This document shows positions 1 through 8,465 of a stretch of DNA of 64,000 nucleotides, piece by piece. The notes under the pieces are model-generated. The model had not been told where the DNA came from, did no database searches, and saw only the letters and a program-made list of their open reading frames with translations. The position numbers and the translations under genes were made by a program. Every line of letters begins with the position of its first letter. Position 1 is the first letter of the stretch. Source of the DNA: Parcubacteria group bacterium Gr01-1014_31. Its GTDB lineage: Bacteria; Patescibacteriota; Patescibacteriia; Buchananbacterales; GWA2-38-13. The stretch is from NCBI GenBank assembly GCA_007376135.1, contig VMFR01000003.1, positions 75,660 to 139,659 of the forward strand, read 5' to 3'.

Positions 1-32
1 ACCCTAGAAGTGTTCACCCAACTATTATCACT

Positions 33-542
33 ATGATCAAACATCAAGACCAACGTGTCGGCGTCTTCGTCGACGTTGCCAACATGTACCACTCGGCCAA
101 GAATATTTTCGGCGCCCGGCTGAATTTCAAGGAAGTGCTCAAAACCGCGGTCGCCGGCCGGCCGCTCATCCGCGCCATTGCCTACGTCATCAAATCCAAC
201 AGCACCGAGGAGCAGGGATTCTTCGAGGCCCTGGATAAGCAGGGTTTCGAAGTGAAATACAAGGACCTGCAGGTGTTCGCGGGCGGCGCCAAGAAAGCCG
301 ACTGGGATGTCGGCATCGCGGTGGACGCCATCAAAATGGCCGACAAGCTCGACACGGTCGTACTGGTCACGGGCGACGGCGATTTCATTCCGCTGGTGGT
401 GTACCTGAAGGAGAACCGCGGCTGCAAGGTGGAAGTTATCGCGTTCGGCCACACCACCTCGGGCAAGCTGCTGGAAGTGGTGGACGATTTCCTGAACCTG
501 GAGGACGACAAGAAGTTTCTGCTCCAGCCCAAATCCCGCTAA
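33..542 (+). CDS. NYN/LabA-like (DUF88) domain protein
   Basis: 169-aa ORF; N-terminal VGVFVDVANMY... and LVTGDGDF motifs typical of NYN/LabA-like nuclease-fold proteins. Confidence 0.55.
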   Translation: MIKHQDQRVGVFVDVANMYHSAKNIFGARLNFKEVLKTAVAGRPLIRAIAYVIKSNSTEEQGFFEALDKQGFEVKYKDLQVFAGGAKKADWDVGIAVDAIKMADKLDTVVLVTGDGDFIPLVVYLKENRGCKVEVIAFGHTTSGKLLEVVDDFLNLEDDKKFLLQPKSR

Positions 543-679
543 TTCCTTTGACCGTTAATTCCTTAATTGCTGTCGGCAACCGTTGACGCGTTGTTAGTAG
601 TTCCCGCTGTTGGATCAGTCCGGTCGAACGGCGGGAAATACTGGTGACGCGCTGGCGGCTCAGGCAGCGTGTTGACGCT

Positions 680-2965
680 ATGGAGATACAAAAGAGCGAG
701 CCGGCCGGCGTGACGACGTTTACGACCGAGTTTTCCGGCCGTCCGCTGGTCATCGAGGTTGGCCGCCTGGCCAACCAGGCCAGCGGCAGCTGCACCGTCC
801 GTTTCGGCGAGACCGTGGTGCTGGCGACCGCCGTCATCTCGGATTCCACGCGCGATGGGATCAACTACTTCCCGTTGACGGTGGACTACGAAGAGCGGCT
901 GTATGCGGCCGGCATCATCAAAGGCAGCCGCTGGGTCAAGCGCGAGGGGCGTCCGTCCGACGAGGTCGTCCAGACCTCGCGGCTGGTGGACCGCAGCATC
1001 CGTCCGCTGTTCCCTAAAGGCATCAAGAACGACGTACAGGTCATCATCACCGTGCTGTCGTTCGACCAGGAGAACGACCCCGACGCCATTTCCTTGGTCG
1101 CCGCCTCGCTGGCGGTGGCCATTTCGCCCATTCCCTGGGACGGCCCGATCGCCGGCCTGCGGGTGGGGCGCGTCAGTTCGGAGACTGACCCCAGCCGCAA
1201 GGAATGGGTCATCAACCCTTCCATTGCCGTCCGCGAGAAGAGTGACCTGGATATGATCATCGCCGGGACCGGTGAGCGCATTATGATGGTGGAGGCCGGC
1301 GCCCAGGAAGTGCCGGAGGGCGCCATCTACGAAGCCGTTGAATTCTCCAGCAAGCCCGTTGCGCAGCTGGTTTCCATCATCCAGAAGGTCGTTGCCGCCG
1401 TCGGCAAACCCAAGGTCATGCCCGCCGCCCCGGTACTCACGGAAGGCATCGCGCCGGACGTTCTTGCCGCACTGCAAGCCAAGGCCGACGCCTGGGTGGA
1501 CCAGCATGCGCAACCGGCGTTGTTCGGCGGCTCGCTGACCACGAAAAGCTCGCGCGCCGAGGTGGTCGACGAGCTGGCCGTCAAATTCGAAGCCGAGCTG
1601 GTTTCCGCCAGTACGCCCAAGGACCAGCGCAAGCTGGCCGCCGAAATGTTCCGGCTGGCCGTGGAAGGTTTGATCAGCAAGATGATCCTGCAGAAGGGCG
1701 TGCGCGTGGACGGCCGCGCGCTGACGCAGGTGCGCCCGCTCGGGTCGGTGGTCGGCATGCTGCCGCGCACGCACGGCAGCGGTTTGTTCCACCGCGGAGA
1801 AACCCAGGTGCTGTCGGTCGTGACGCTCGGCTCGCCGGGTGATGTGCAGCTGCTGGAGAACCTGGAAGGGGAGAGCAAGAAGCGCTACATGCACCACTAC
1901 AATTTCCCACCGTTCTCGGTCGGGGAGACCGGCCGCCTCGGTTCGCCGGGCCGGCGCGAGATCGGGCACGGAATGCTGGCCGAACGCGCGCTGCTGCCGG
2001 TGCTGCCGCCCAAGGAAGAGTTCCCGTATACCATCCGCGTCGTGTCCGAGGTGCTGTCCTCCAACGGATCGTCCTCCATGGGCGCGACCTGTGGTTCGAC
2101 CTTGGCGCTGATGGACGCGGGCGTCCCCATCACCAAACCGGTGGCAGGCGTGGCCATGGGCGTGGCGACCGACGCCAAGGGCAACTACAAGATCATCACC
2201 GACCTGCAGGACCTGGAGGACGGCCTGGGCGGCATGGACTTCAAGATCGCCGGCACGCGCGACGGCATCACCGCCATCCAGATGGACACCAAGACCAAGG
2301 GGCTGACCCTGCCGATGGTGCGGCAAACCTTGGACCAGGCGCGCGAGGGGCGCTTGGCAATCCTCGATGTGATGCAGCAGGCGATCGCCGCGCCGCGTCC
2401 GGAGCTGTCGCCGTACGCCCCGCGCATCGTGACGGTCCAGATCAACCCCGACCGCATCCGCGACGTCATCGGCCCGGGCGGCAAGATCATCAATAAGATC
2501 ATTGACGAGACCGGCTGCGACATCGACATCGAACCGGATGGCCGCGTCATGATCACGGGCACCGATCTGGTGAAAACCCAGAAGGCCGTGGACTGGGTAA
2601 AACTTTTGACCAAGGAGGTCACCGTCGGCGAAACGTACGAAGGCAAGGTCACCCGCATCCTGGACTTCGGCGCGTTCGTCGAAGTCACCCCCAACAAGGA
2701 GGGGATGGTGCACATCTCGGAGCTGGCGCACTACCGTGTCAATCAGGTGACCGATGTGGTGAAGATCGGCGACACCGTGAAGGTCAAAGTCATCGCCATC
2801 GACGACCTCGGCCGCGTCAATTTGTCGGTCAAGGCGCTGCTGCCGCCACCGGAAGGCGGCGCACCGGCGTCGTCCGACGACCGCGGCTACGACCAGCCGC
2901 GCCGTCCGATGCGTCCGCACGGCCCAGGCCGGGGCGGACCCCATCGCGGCGGCCGTCGGTTCTAA
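680..2965 (+). CDS. pnp: polynucleotide phosphorylase (polyribonucleotide nucleotidyltransferase)
   Basis: Two RNase PH-like core regions followed by KH and S1 segments; start placed at MEIQK (ATG 680) rather than the GTG at 644. C-terminal RG/Pro-rich tail of about 40 aa. Confidence 0.93.
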   Translation: MEIQKSEPAGVTTFTTEFSGRPLVIEVGRLANQASGSCTVRFGETVVLATAVISDSTRDGINYFPLTVDYEERLYAAGIIKGSRWVKREGRPSDEVVQTSRLVDRSIRPLFPKGIKNDVQVIITVLSFDQENDPDAISLVAASLAVAISPIPWDGPIAGLRVGRVSSETDPSRKEWVINPSIAVREKSDLDMIIAGTGERIMMVEAGAQEVPEGAIYEAVEFSSKPVAQLVSIIQKVVAAVGKPKVMPAAPVLTEGIAPDVLAALQAKADAWVDQHAQPALFGGSLTTKSSRAEVVDELAVKFEAELVSASTPKDQRKLAAEMFRLAVEGLISKMILQKGVRVDGRALTQVRPLGSVVGMLPRTHGSGLFHRGETQVLSVVTLGSPGDVQLLENLEGESKKRYMHHYNFPPFSVGETGRLGSPGRREIGHGMLAERALLPVLPPKEEFPYTIRVVSEVLSSNGSSSMGATCGSTLALMDAGVPITKPVAGVAMGVATDAKGNYKIITDLQDLEDGLGGMDFKIAGTRDGITAIQMDTKTKGLTLPMVRQTLDQAREGRLAILDVMQQAIAAPRPELSPYAPRIVTVQINPDRIRDVIGPGGKIINKIIDETGCDIDIEPDGRVMITGTDLVKTQKAVDWVKLLTKEVTVGETYEGKVTRILDFGAFVEVTPNKEGMVHISELAHYRVNQVTDVVKIGDTVKVKVIAIDDLGRVNLSVKALLPPPEGGAPASSDDRGYDQPRRPMRPHGPGRGGPHRGGRRF

Positions 2966-2994
2966 GCCGGCCGACCGTTCCACGAAGTTTTCCA

Positions 2995-3030
2995 ACACCC
3001 GCCAGCGATTCGCTGGCGGGTGTTCCGTTT
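2995..3030 (+). terminator. hairpin downstream of pnp
   Basis: acacccgccagcg-att-cgctggcgggtgt stem followed by tccgttt. Confidence 0.5.
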
Positions 3031-3351
3031 GGCGCGGACGGCAACGCGGCATCGTCGACAATCCGTTGGGATGAAAAGGTTTCACGGGGCGTGCGGGCGT
3101 GATGTTCCGGCGATGGAAGGTCTGACAGGAGTACCTCATGAAACCTGAAACCTGGAACCTGGAACAGAACGGACCGCGTTCGGTGCCTGCATCGAGCGAA
3201 GTTCCATCGGGGCGGGGGAGTTTAGTTATTCACATGCGTGTGGATAATTTGCGAACGCAAGACATCGCTGCCCGCCCCTTACCGCATTTGAAATTTTGTG
3301 GCGAAATATGGCTCTATCACAACAAAATAGTTCCATTTTTGCAACATTTTC

Positions 3352-3380
3352 TTGACAGTCGGGGAGTATCGTGCTACAAT
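3352..3380 (+). promoter_or_regulatory. sigma70-like promoter (TTGACA-17-TACAAT)
   Basis: TTGACA at 3352-3357, 17-nt spacer, TACAAT at 3375-3380, inside a 0.9-kb non-coding gap. Confidence 0.5.
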
Positions 3381-3386
3381 GAGTAT

Positions 3387-3767
3387 GTTGTAAATTGAAA
3401 ATCAGAAAGATTTTCCCAACTGTTGTTGGGTGAATTTTTCTCCTCTGTACTTGGCTTCCGTGTTTTTACAGTCGCCGCAAAGGAGACTGGTCTGTAGATG
3501 GCGAAGCTGACCGCCACCAGATAAAAACAAAAATAAAACATCGGCTGGATCGCGGATCAACCGCGTACCAACCAAAGCCTGGTAAAGAGGCGTTCGAGTC
3601 GGCCGAACTAAGACCCGGAGTTTCAAGTAGTGATCCGTTAGGTGGGATGAGGGCGATGAACGAGCGTTCATCATCGTCATCCCACCTACCAATCCGCTTG
3701 AAACTTCACTACAAAGGCGGATACGCTACAAAATCTTTTTTGAGGGCGACTATCCGCCTTTTCATTT
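3387..3767 (+). ncRNA. candidate non-coding RNA of about 380 nt (unclassified)
   Basis: Runs from the predicted TSS after the consensus promoter to a 10-bp-stem hairpin (aaggcggata...tatccgcctt) plus U-tract at 3714-3767. No convincing ORF; internal long imperfect inverted repeat at 3620-3700. Confidence 0.3.
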
Positions 3768-3860
3768 ACCCAAAAACGCCTCGGCGCGCAGCATTGCCAA
3801 ACTGACCCTCCTTGCCTATACTATTAATATACTGAAACCCGTTCACCCTATCCCATAGCT

Positions 3861-4235
3861 ATGGACTCCAAGGCACTCGAAGCCATCAAAGTGAAACTCC
3901 AGGAGCAGGAGCGCCAGCTCAAGGAGCGATTGGAGTGGTTCACCACGCAAGACCAGCAGAATCCGGCGGACTACCACTCACGGTTCCCTGACTACGGCAG
4001 CAAGGAGGATGAGAACGCCGCCGAAGTTTCGGCCTACTCCGACCGGCTGTCGCTTGAACACACGGTGGAGTCAGACTTGCGCGACGTGAAAACAGCGCTC
4101 GCCAACATCACCAAGGGCACGTATGGTATTTGCCGCTATTGTAAAAAGCCGATCGAAGAGAAGCGGCTGCTGATCCGGCCCACCTCTAGCTCCTGCGTGC
4201 AGTGCAAAAAGCAACTCAAGGGCGAGGCCGCGTGA
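3861..4235 (+). CDS. DksA/TraR-family C4 zinc-finger protein
   Basis: N-terminal coiled-coil-like region; C-terminal CRYC...CVQC (CxxC-x17-CxxC). Confidence 0.8.
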   Translation: MDSKALEAIKVKLQEQERQLKERLEWFTTQDQQNPADYHSRFPDYGSKEDENAAEVSAYSDRLSLEHTVESDLRDVKTALANITKGTYGICRYCKKPIEEKRLLIRPTSSSCVQCKKQLKGEAA

Positions 4236-4717
4236 CGTTTCTCGCCGCCGCGGTCGCCGGGATGGCGACCGTCCTGGCGATGACCGCCGCCGACCGCGCC
4301 GTTAAAATATTCTTTCTGACCCACCCCGCCGCCGGCGGGGTGGTCGTTGCTGGACAGCTGCAGCTGCGGCTCGCGACCAACCCCGACCTCGCGTTCAGTC
4401 TTCCGTTCCCGCTCGCGCTGACCCTCGCGTTGTCCGGCGCAGCGGTCGTACTGTTCGTCTGGTGGCTGGTGGCGACGATATATCGTCGCGCGCTGGTCCC
4501 GACCCTGGCGTTGGAGTGTATCGTCGCGGGCGCCGCCTCCAACCTGACGGACCGGTTGCGTTGGGGCCACGTCGTCGACTACATTGACGTGCCGTGGTTC
4601 ACCGTGTTCAATCTGGCGGACGTGCTCATCACCGCTGGCGTCGCATTGCTCGTACTCCGTGAAGTTGTGTGTTGGGGGCGCCGGCGGCGGAGCGATAACG
4701 TGAAACTTGAGACGTGA
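4232..4717 (+). CDS. lspA: lipoprotein signal peptidase (signal peptidase II)
   Basis: Multi-TM protein with NLTDRLRWGHVVDYIDV and FNLADVLI motifs. Start ambiguous between GTG 4202, GTG 4232 (4-nt overlap with the upstream stop) and ATG 4262. Confidence 0.85.
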   Translation: MTFLAAAVAGMATVLAMTAADRAVKIFFLTHPAAGGVVVAGQLQLRLATNPDLAFSLPFPLALTLALSGAAVVLFVWWLVATIYRRALVPTLALECIVAGAASNLTDRLRWGHVVDYIDVPWFTVFNLADVLITAGVALLVLREVVCWGRRRRSDNVKLET

Positions 4718-4774
4718 AACGTGAAGCAGCCCGATGATCGGGTTTCACGTTTTACGTTTTACACTCCACGACGT

Positions 4775-6304
4775 ATGCCTGCCCGCGTGTTATCCGCCGC
4801 GCTCGTTGGACTGGACGCCGTTCCGGTTGAAGTGGAAGCCGACCTGTCGGCACAGCTGCCGGGCTTGCTCATCGTCGGGCTGCCCGATCAAGCGGTGGAA
4901 GAATCGCGCGAGCGTGTTCGCAGCGCCCTGAAGAATGCCGGCATCCCGCCGCTGCGGCAGAAGATTACCATCAATCTCGCACCCGGCGACTTGCGCAAGG
5001 AGGGTGCCGCCTACGACCTGCCCATCGCCGTTGCCATTCTCCTGGCGGCCGGTCATTTGCAACTGCGGCAGCCGTGGGCGACGCAGCTGTTCGCCGGCGA
5101 GTTGAGTCTGGATGGGAGCGTGCGGGCAATCCCGGGCGTACTGCCCATTGCCCTGCTTTCCAAGGCGCGCGGCATCACCAATTTGTATGTTCCGGAAGCC
5201 AACGTCAGCGAGGCGTGCCTGGTGCCGGGCGTTACCGTCTACGGCGTTGCCACGCTGCGCGATCTGGCGCTGCATCTGAAGGGGGAGGCCGAGATCGCCG
5301 CGCGCAGTTCCGCAGGGCTTCCCCCGCAGGCGGCGCTGGCGGAGGCCGACGTGGATTTTTCCGCCATTCAGGGGCAGGAGAGCGTCAAGCGGGCGCTGGA
5401 GATCGCGGCCGCCGGCGGCCACAACATCCTTTTGTCCGGCCCGCCGGGGGCGGGGAAGACTTTGCTCGCGCGCGCATTTTCCGGCATCCTGCCGCAGATG
5501 ACCGACGAGGAGGTGCTGGAGGTAACGCGTATCTATAGTGTCGCGGGTTTGTTGCCGCCTGGCGTGCCGCTGGTGCGCCAGCGGCCGTTCCGCAGCCCTC
5601 ACCATTCGGCCTCCGCCATCAGTCTGGTGGGCGGTGGCTCCACGCCCAAGCCCGGCGAGGTCACGTTGGCGCACCGGGGCGTGCTGTTCCTGGATGAATT
5701 TCCGGAGTTCCCGCGCGCGGCGCTGGAACACCTGCGCCAGCCGCTGGAGGACGGGGTGGTGACGGTTGCGCGCGTGGCGGCCAGTGTGCGTTTCCCGGCG
5801 CGTTTTCTGCTGGTGGCGGCGGCTAACCCCTGCCCGTGCGGGTACTTGTCCGACCCGCAGCGGCCGTGCGTCTGTTCGCCGACCCAGGTGTTGCGCTACC
5901 GCAAGCGTATCTCCGGCCCGATGCTGGACCGGATCGACCTGCACGTGGAGGTTCCGCCGGTGCAGTTCGAAAAGCTCGCCGCCCCCCAGCCGGGGGAATC
6001 CACGGCGGCCGTACGGACGCGCGTGCAGCAAGCGCGCGACCGCCAGACCGCGCGGTTTACCGCCGCCGCTTCCGGCGCGCTGACGAATGCCGAGATGGGT
6101 TTGGAGGACCTCAAGATCTTCGTGCGATTGGATGAAGCGACCGTCGCGTTCCTGCGCCAAGCCGTCCCCAAGTTGCAGCTGTCGGCCAGAGGCTACCACC
6201 GCGCGCTTAAAGTTGCGCGCACCATTGCCGACCTGGCGGGGGAGGACACTATTTCCCAGCAGCATGTCGCAGAAGCGTTGCAGTACCGACCGGCCGCAGA
6301 ATAA
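4775..6304 (+). CDS. comM: YifB/ComM-family Mg-chelatase-like AAA+ ATPase
   Basis: N-terminal Lon-protease-like segment, Walker A GPPGAGKT and a C-terminal Mg-chelatase-like region; start placed at MPARVLSAAL. Confidence 0.88.
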   Translation: MPARVLSAALVGLDAVPVEVEADLSAQLPGLLIVGLPDQAVEESRERVRSALKNAGIPPLRQKITINLAPGDLRKEGAAYDLPIAVAILLAAGHLQLRQPWATQLFAGELSLDGSVRAIPGVLPIALLSKARGITNLYVPEANVSEACLVPGVTVYGVATLRDLALHLKGEAEIAARSSAGLPPQAALAEADVDFSAIQGQESVKRALEIAAAGGHNILLSGPPGAGKTLLARAFSGILPQMTDEEVLEVTRIYSVAGLLPPGVPLVRQRPFRSPHHSASAISLVGGGSTPKPGEVTLAHRGVLFLDEFPEFPRAALEHLRQPLEDGVVTVARVAASVRFPARFLLVAAANPCPCGYLSDPQRPCVCSPTQVLRYRKRISGPMLDRIDLHVEVPPVQFEKLAAPQPGESTAAVRTRVQQARDRQTARFTAAASGALTNAEMGLEDLKIFVRLDEATVAFLRQAVPKLQLSARGYHRALKVARTIADLAGEDTISQQHVAEALQYRPAAE

Positions 6305-6501
6305 TTTTTCTGCCACCTTTCTAGGAAAGGTGGCGCCAAAGTCGCGAGCCGTCTCGAAATTTAGAAAAAAACAGACTCGCTCGGCGTAAAATCGCTATGC
6401 GCACGCGACCTTAGCACGCGATTTCCCACCGCCTAGCTCGCCTCGATTTTTTACCTAAATTTCTCCAATGCTCGCATCGTATTGTTACTAACCGTTAAAG
6501 T

Positions 6502-7188
6502 ATGGAAGAACTTAACCACACAGCTGATGAATTGTTGCGGATAAAAGATTGGGTATTACGGAACTATCACAATGACGTCTATCCGCTTTTTATAAACAGT
6601 CAAACAGTTGGCGCGGCAGATGGTGTATTTCATTTTGGAATTGTACGGAATATTATGGCGTACATAGAAACCTGTGGCGCCATACATTCAGGGTGGGCTG
6701 AGCTGGATCAGAGAGGTGATTACGATACAAAGAAAGTAGCTACTTCTGAAAAATCTATACGTTTTATTGTCGAATTCTTGTCCGTTATTGATAAGAATTA
6801 TCGTGAAAATGGTAAATTATTTTACAACATGTATAGACATGGTTCGACTCACTTACTGAGACCCCACAGGTTGAAGAGTAGGGCAACTGGTATGATATAT
6901 TCTTGGTGGTGGTATTCTGGCGATAGATGTACGATTCATGACAAGGTGGAGGGGTTTAAAAGAGACGACGGCGTTCGTGTGAGTCATTTAGAGTTAATTA
7001 AGGTACCCAACCAGAATGTTTACCTACTTCCTGTTTCATTTCCCTGCCTTTGCGCGGATGTAGAAAAAGCAGTAGGAAATTTTTATGATTCTTTGGTTGG
7101 TGCAAGGAGAAAGGGAGATTTACCCCCTGAACAGCGGCGGGCATTAACGTTTATTGCAAACGGCGTAGTAACACGGGGTGACATTTAG
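6502..7188 (+). CDS. hypothetical protein encoded in a low-GC islet
   Basis: 228-aa ORF at about 38-40% GC, well below the 63% background; no recognisable domain; 11-nt overlap with the next gene. Confidence 0.55.
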   Translation: MEELNHTADELLRIKDWVLRNYHNDVYPLFINSQTVGAADGVFHFGIVRNIMAYIETCGAIHSGWAELDQRGDYDTKKVATSEKSIRFIVEFLSVIDKNYRENGKLFYNMYRHGSTHLLRPHRLKSRATGMIYSWWWYSGDRCTIHDKVEGFKRDDGVRVSHLELIKVPNQNVYLLPVSFPCLCADVEKAVGNFYDSLVGARRKGDLPPEQRRALTFIANGVVTRGDI

Positions 7189-7924
7189 TTCACATATGAC
7201 CAATAAGTATTGGGAACAGCAGTCCGTCAGTGTTAATAGGCTCCGTCAGCAGGGTGCACAAAATTTTTTCCAAAGTATCCCGAACATCCAGCACGCCTTT
7301 CACCCGGGCGAGCGGTGGCTGTGCTGTATTGATGAGGGGTGCCCCGGCGGGGTGAATCTGGCCGGTTCAGGCATACTGCTCGGCGTGGAAGGGGCGGCCA
7401 GGATCGCGCACGACGCGGGAGTCACCGCCATCACCAGTCACGAAGAGTGCGGCGCGGCCAAACTTTGGGCAAAGCAATCCGGCAAGAATGCCGAGACCTC
7501 CGACGATTACGGCAAGGAGTTTTCTGCCGAACTGGCCAAAAGGCTGGGAGTTTCCTACTGCCACCTGCCGCTGTCCGAAATGACGCGGCCGGCCGGCTTG
7601 CATGTGGCGCGCGTCATCTACTACGACGGCACCGGCACGTTCGACCCGGCGCGCCTGCCTGAACTGCCGCCAGGATTTGTCATCAGCCGCCGCTATTTGG
7701 ATACGGAGTACGCGCTGCGCGAGTGCGGCATTGCGATCAGTATCGCCCTGGGCGACCACGGGTTTGGCGCCCGCTTCACCCCCAAGGAACCGCTGCTTAT
7801 CGTTGCCATTGGGCATCCGACCGATCCGGTGCTCTCGTTGGAGAAATTGCGGGCGGAGCTGGAACCCGTCGCCGCCGCGGAGGGCCCGCGCGTGGCCGTG
7901 GACGGGCTGGTTGCCAAATGGTGA
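7178..7924 (+). CDS. hypothetical protein
   Basis: 248-aa ORF, GC-rich except at its 5' end, no recognisable domain (CCIDEGC motif). Confidence 0.5.
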   Translation: MTFSSHMTNKYWEQQSVSVNRLRQQGAQNFFQSIPNIQHAFHPGERWLCCIDEGCPGGVNLAGSGILLGVEGAARIAHDAGVTAITSHEECGAAKLWAKQSGKNAETSDDYGKEFSAELAKRLGVSYCHLPLSEMTRPAGLHVARVIYYDGTGTFDPARLPELPPGFVISRRYLDTEYALRECGIAISIALGDHGFGARFTPKEPLLIVAIGHPTDPVLSLEKLRAELEPVAAAEGPRVAVDGLVAKW

Positions 7925-7939
7925 GGATGATGGTATAGT

Positions 7940-8380
7940 TTGGCCGTTATGAATACGTCTCGGTTGTTGCGCACCATCGGTATATTCGGGGTCATCGTCG
8001 TTGTCGCCGTGGCCGTCGTTGGTCCGGTGGTGATGTCCAGAATGGCCGGCCACCAGCATGAGGCATCGGTTTCCGGCTGCCCGTTCCAGGGGATGGCCGC
8101 TATTTGTCCTATGACCGCAATGGACCACGTCGGCTTGTGGCGGCAGCTGTTGGCCGGCTTTGCGCCAACCACGATGTTGCTGGGGCTCATCCTGCTGTCG
8201 GTGTTCGTCGTCGCGACCCTCCGTCTCTGCTTTTCCTATCAGTACTGGAAGAAACGGCGCTGGCGGGGGATACCGCGCTATCTCACTCAGCATCCGCTGG
8301 CGATGCTCTCCGATTTTTTGCAGCAGGCGCTGGCCGCCGGTGTGCTGCAGCCCAAAGTTTTTCCTGCTCGCGTCAGTTAG
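7940..8380 (+). CDS. small membrane protein with a His/Cys/Met-rich loop (possible metal binding)
   Basis: Two TM segments flank MAGHQHEASVSGCPFQGMAAICPM; sits immediately upstream of the copper cluster. Confidence 0.4.
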   Translation: MAVMNTSRLLRTIGIFGVIVVVAVAVVGPVVMSRMAGHQHEASVSGCPFQGMAAICPMTAMDHVGLWRQLLAGFAPTTMLLGLILLSVFVVATLRLCFSYQYWKKRRWRGIPRYLTQHPLAMLSDFLQQALAAGVLQPKVFPARVS

Positions 8381-8465
8381 TACGTGCGGACTTTGCCAAC
8401 GTGGAACGTTGTGGCAAGGGTTTCCCCGCAGGTGCTTTTTTATTTTCTTGATTCTTACCTGACGT

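Noticed and set aside
563-3139. 858-aa minus-strand ORF antisense to pnp
   Set aside because: Arg/Ala/Gly-rich translation typical of the reverse frame of a high-GC gene; it is fully covered by a confidently identified gene; no RBS.
3138-3398. 86-aa plus-strand ORF in the pnp-dksA gap
   Set aside because: No RBS; it spans the consensus promoter at 3352-3380 instead of following it; mixed composition; more likely non-coding.
3387-3767. Identity of the orphan RNA as tmRNA, RNase P RNA, SRP RNA or 6S RNA
   Set aside because: None of the conserved blocks (tmRNA tRNA-like ends and tag ORF, RNase P GNAANNAGGAAAGUCCGGGCUCC-type block, SRP AGGUCAGGUCCGGAAGGAAGCAGC) are present by eye.
4790-6316. 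Long antisense ORFs opposite comM (4790-6316), copA (11114-12538, 11718-12965), murA (13524-14537), M23 peptidase (14913-16268), groEL (21010-22815), ppsA (24956-26005, 26096-26998) and purD (52685-53938)
   Set aside because: All lie inside well-supported genes on the other strand and show the characteristic Arg/Gly/Ala-rich composition of spurious high-GC ORFs.
8444-8460. The 12-mer cttgattcttac shared between the copper-cluster upstream region (8449) and the lexA-distal spacer (39709)
   Set aside because: Dozens of repeated 12-mers are expected by chance in 64 kb. The contexts differ: one lies 6 nt before a start codon, the other 50 nt upstream of another gene.
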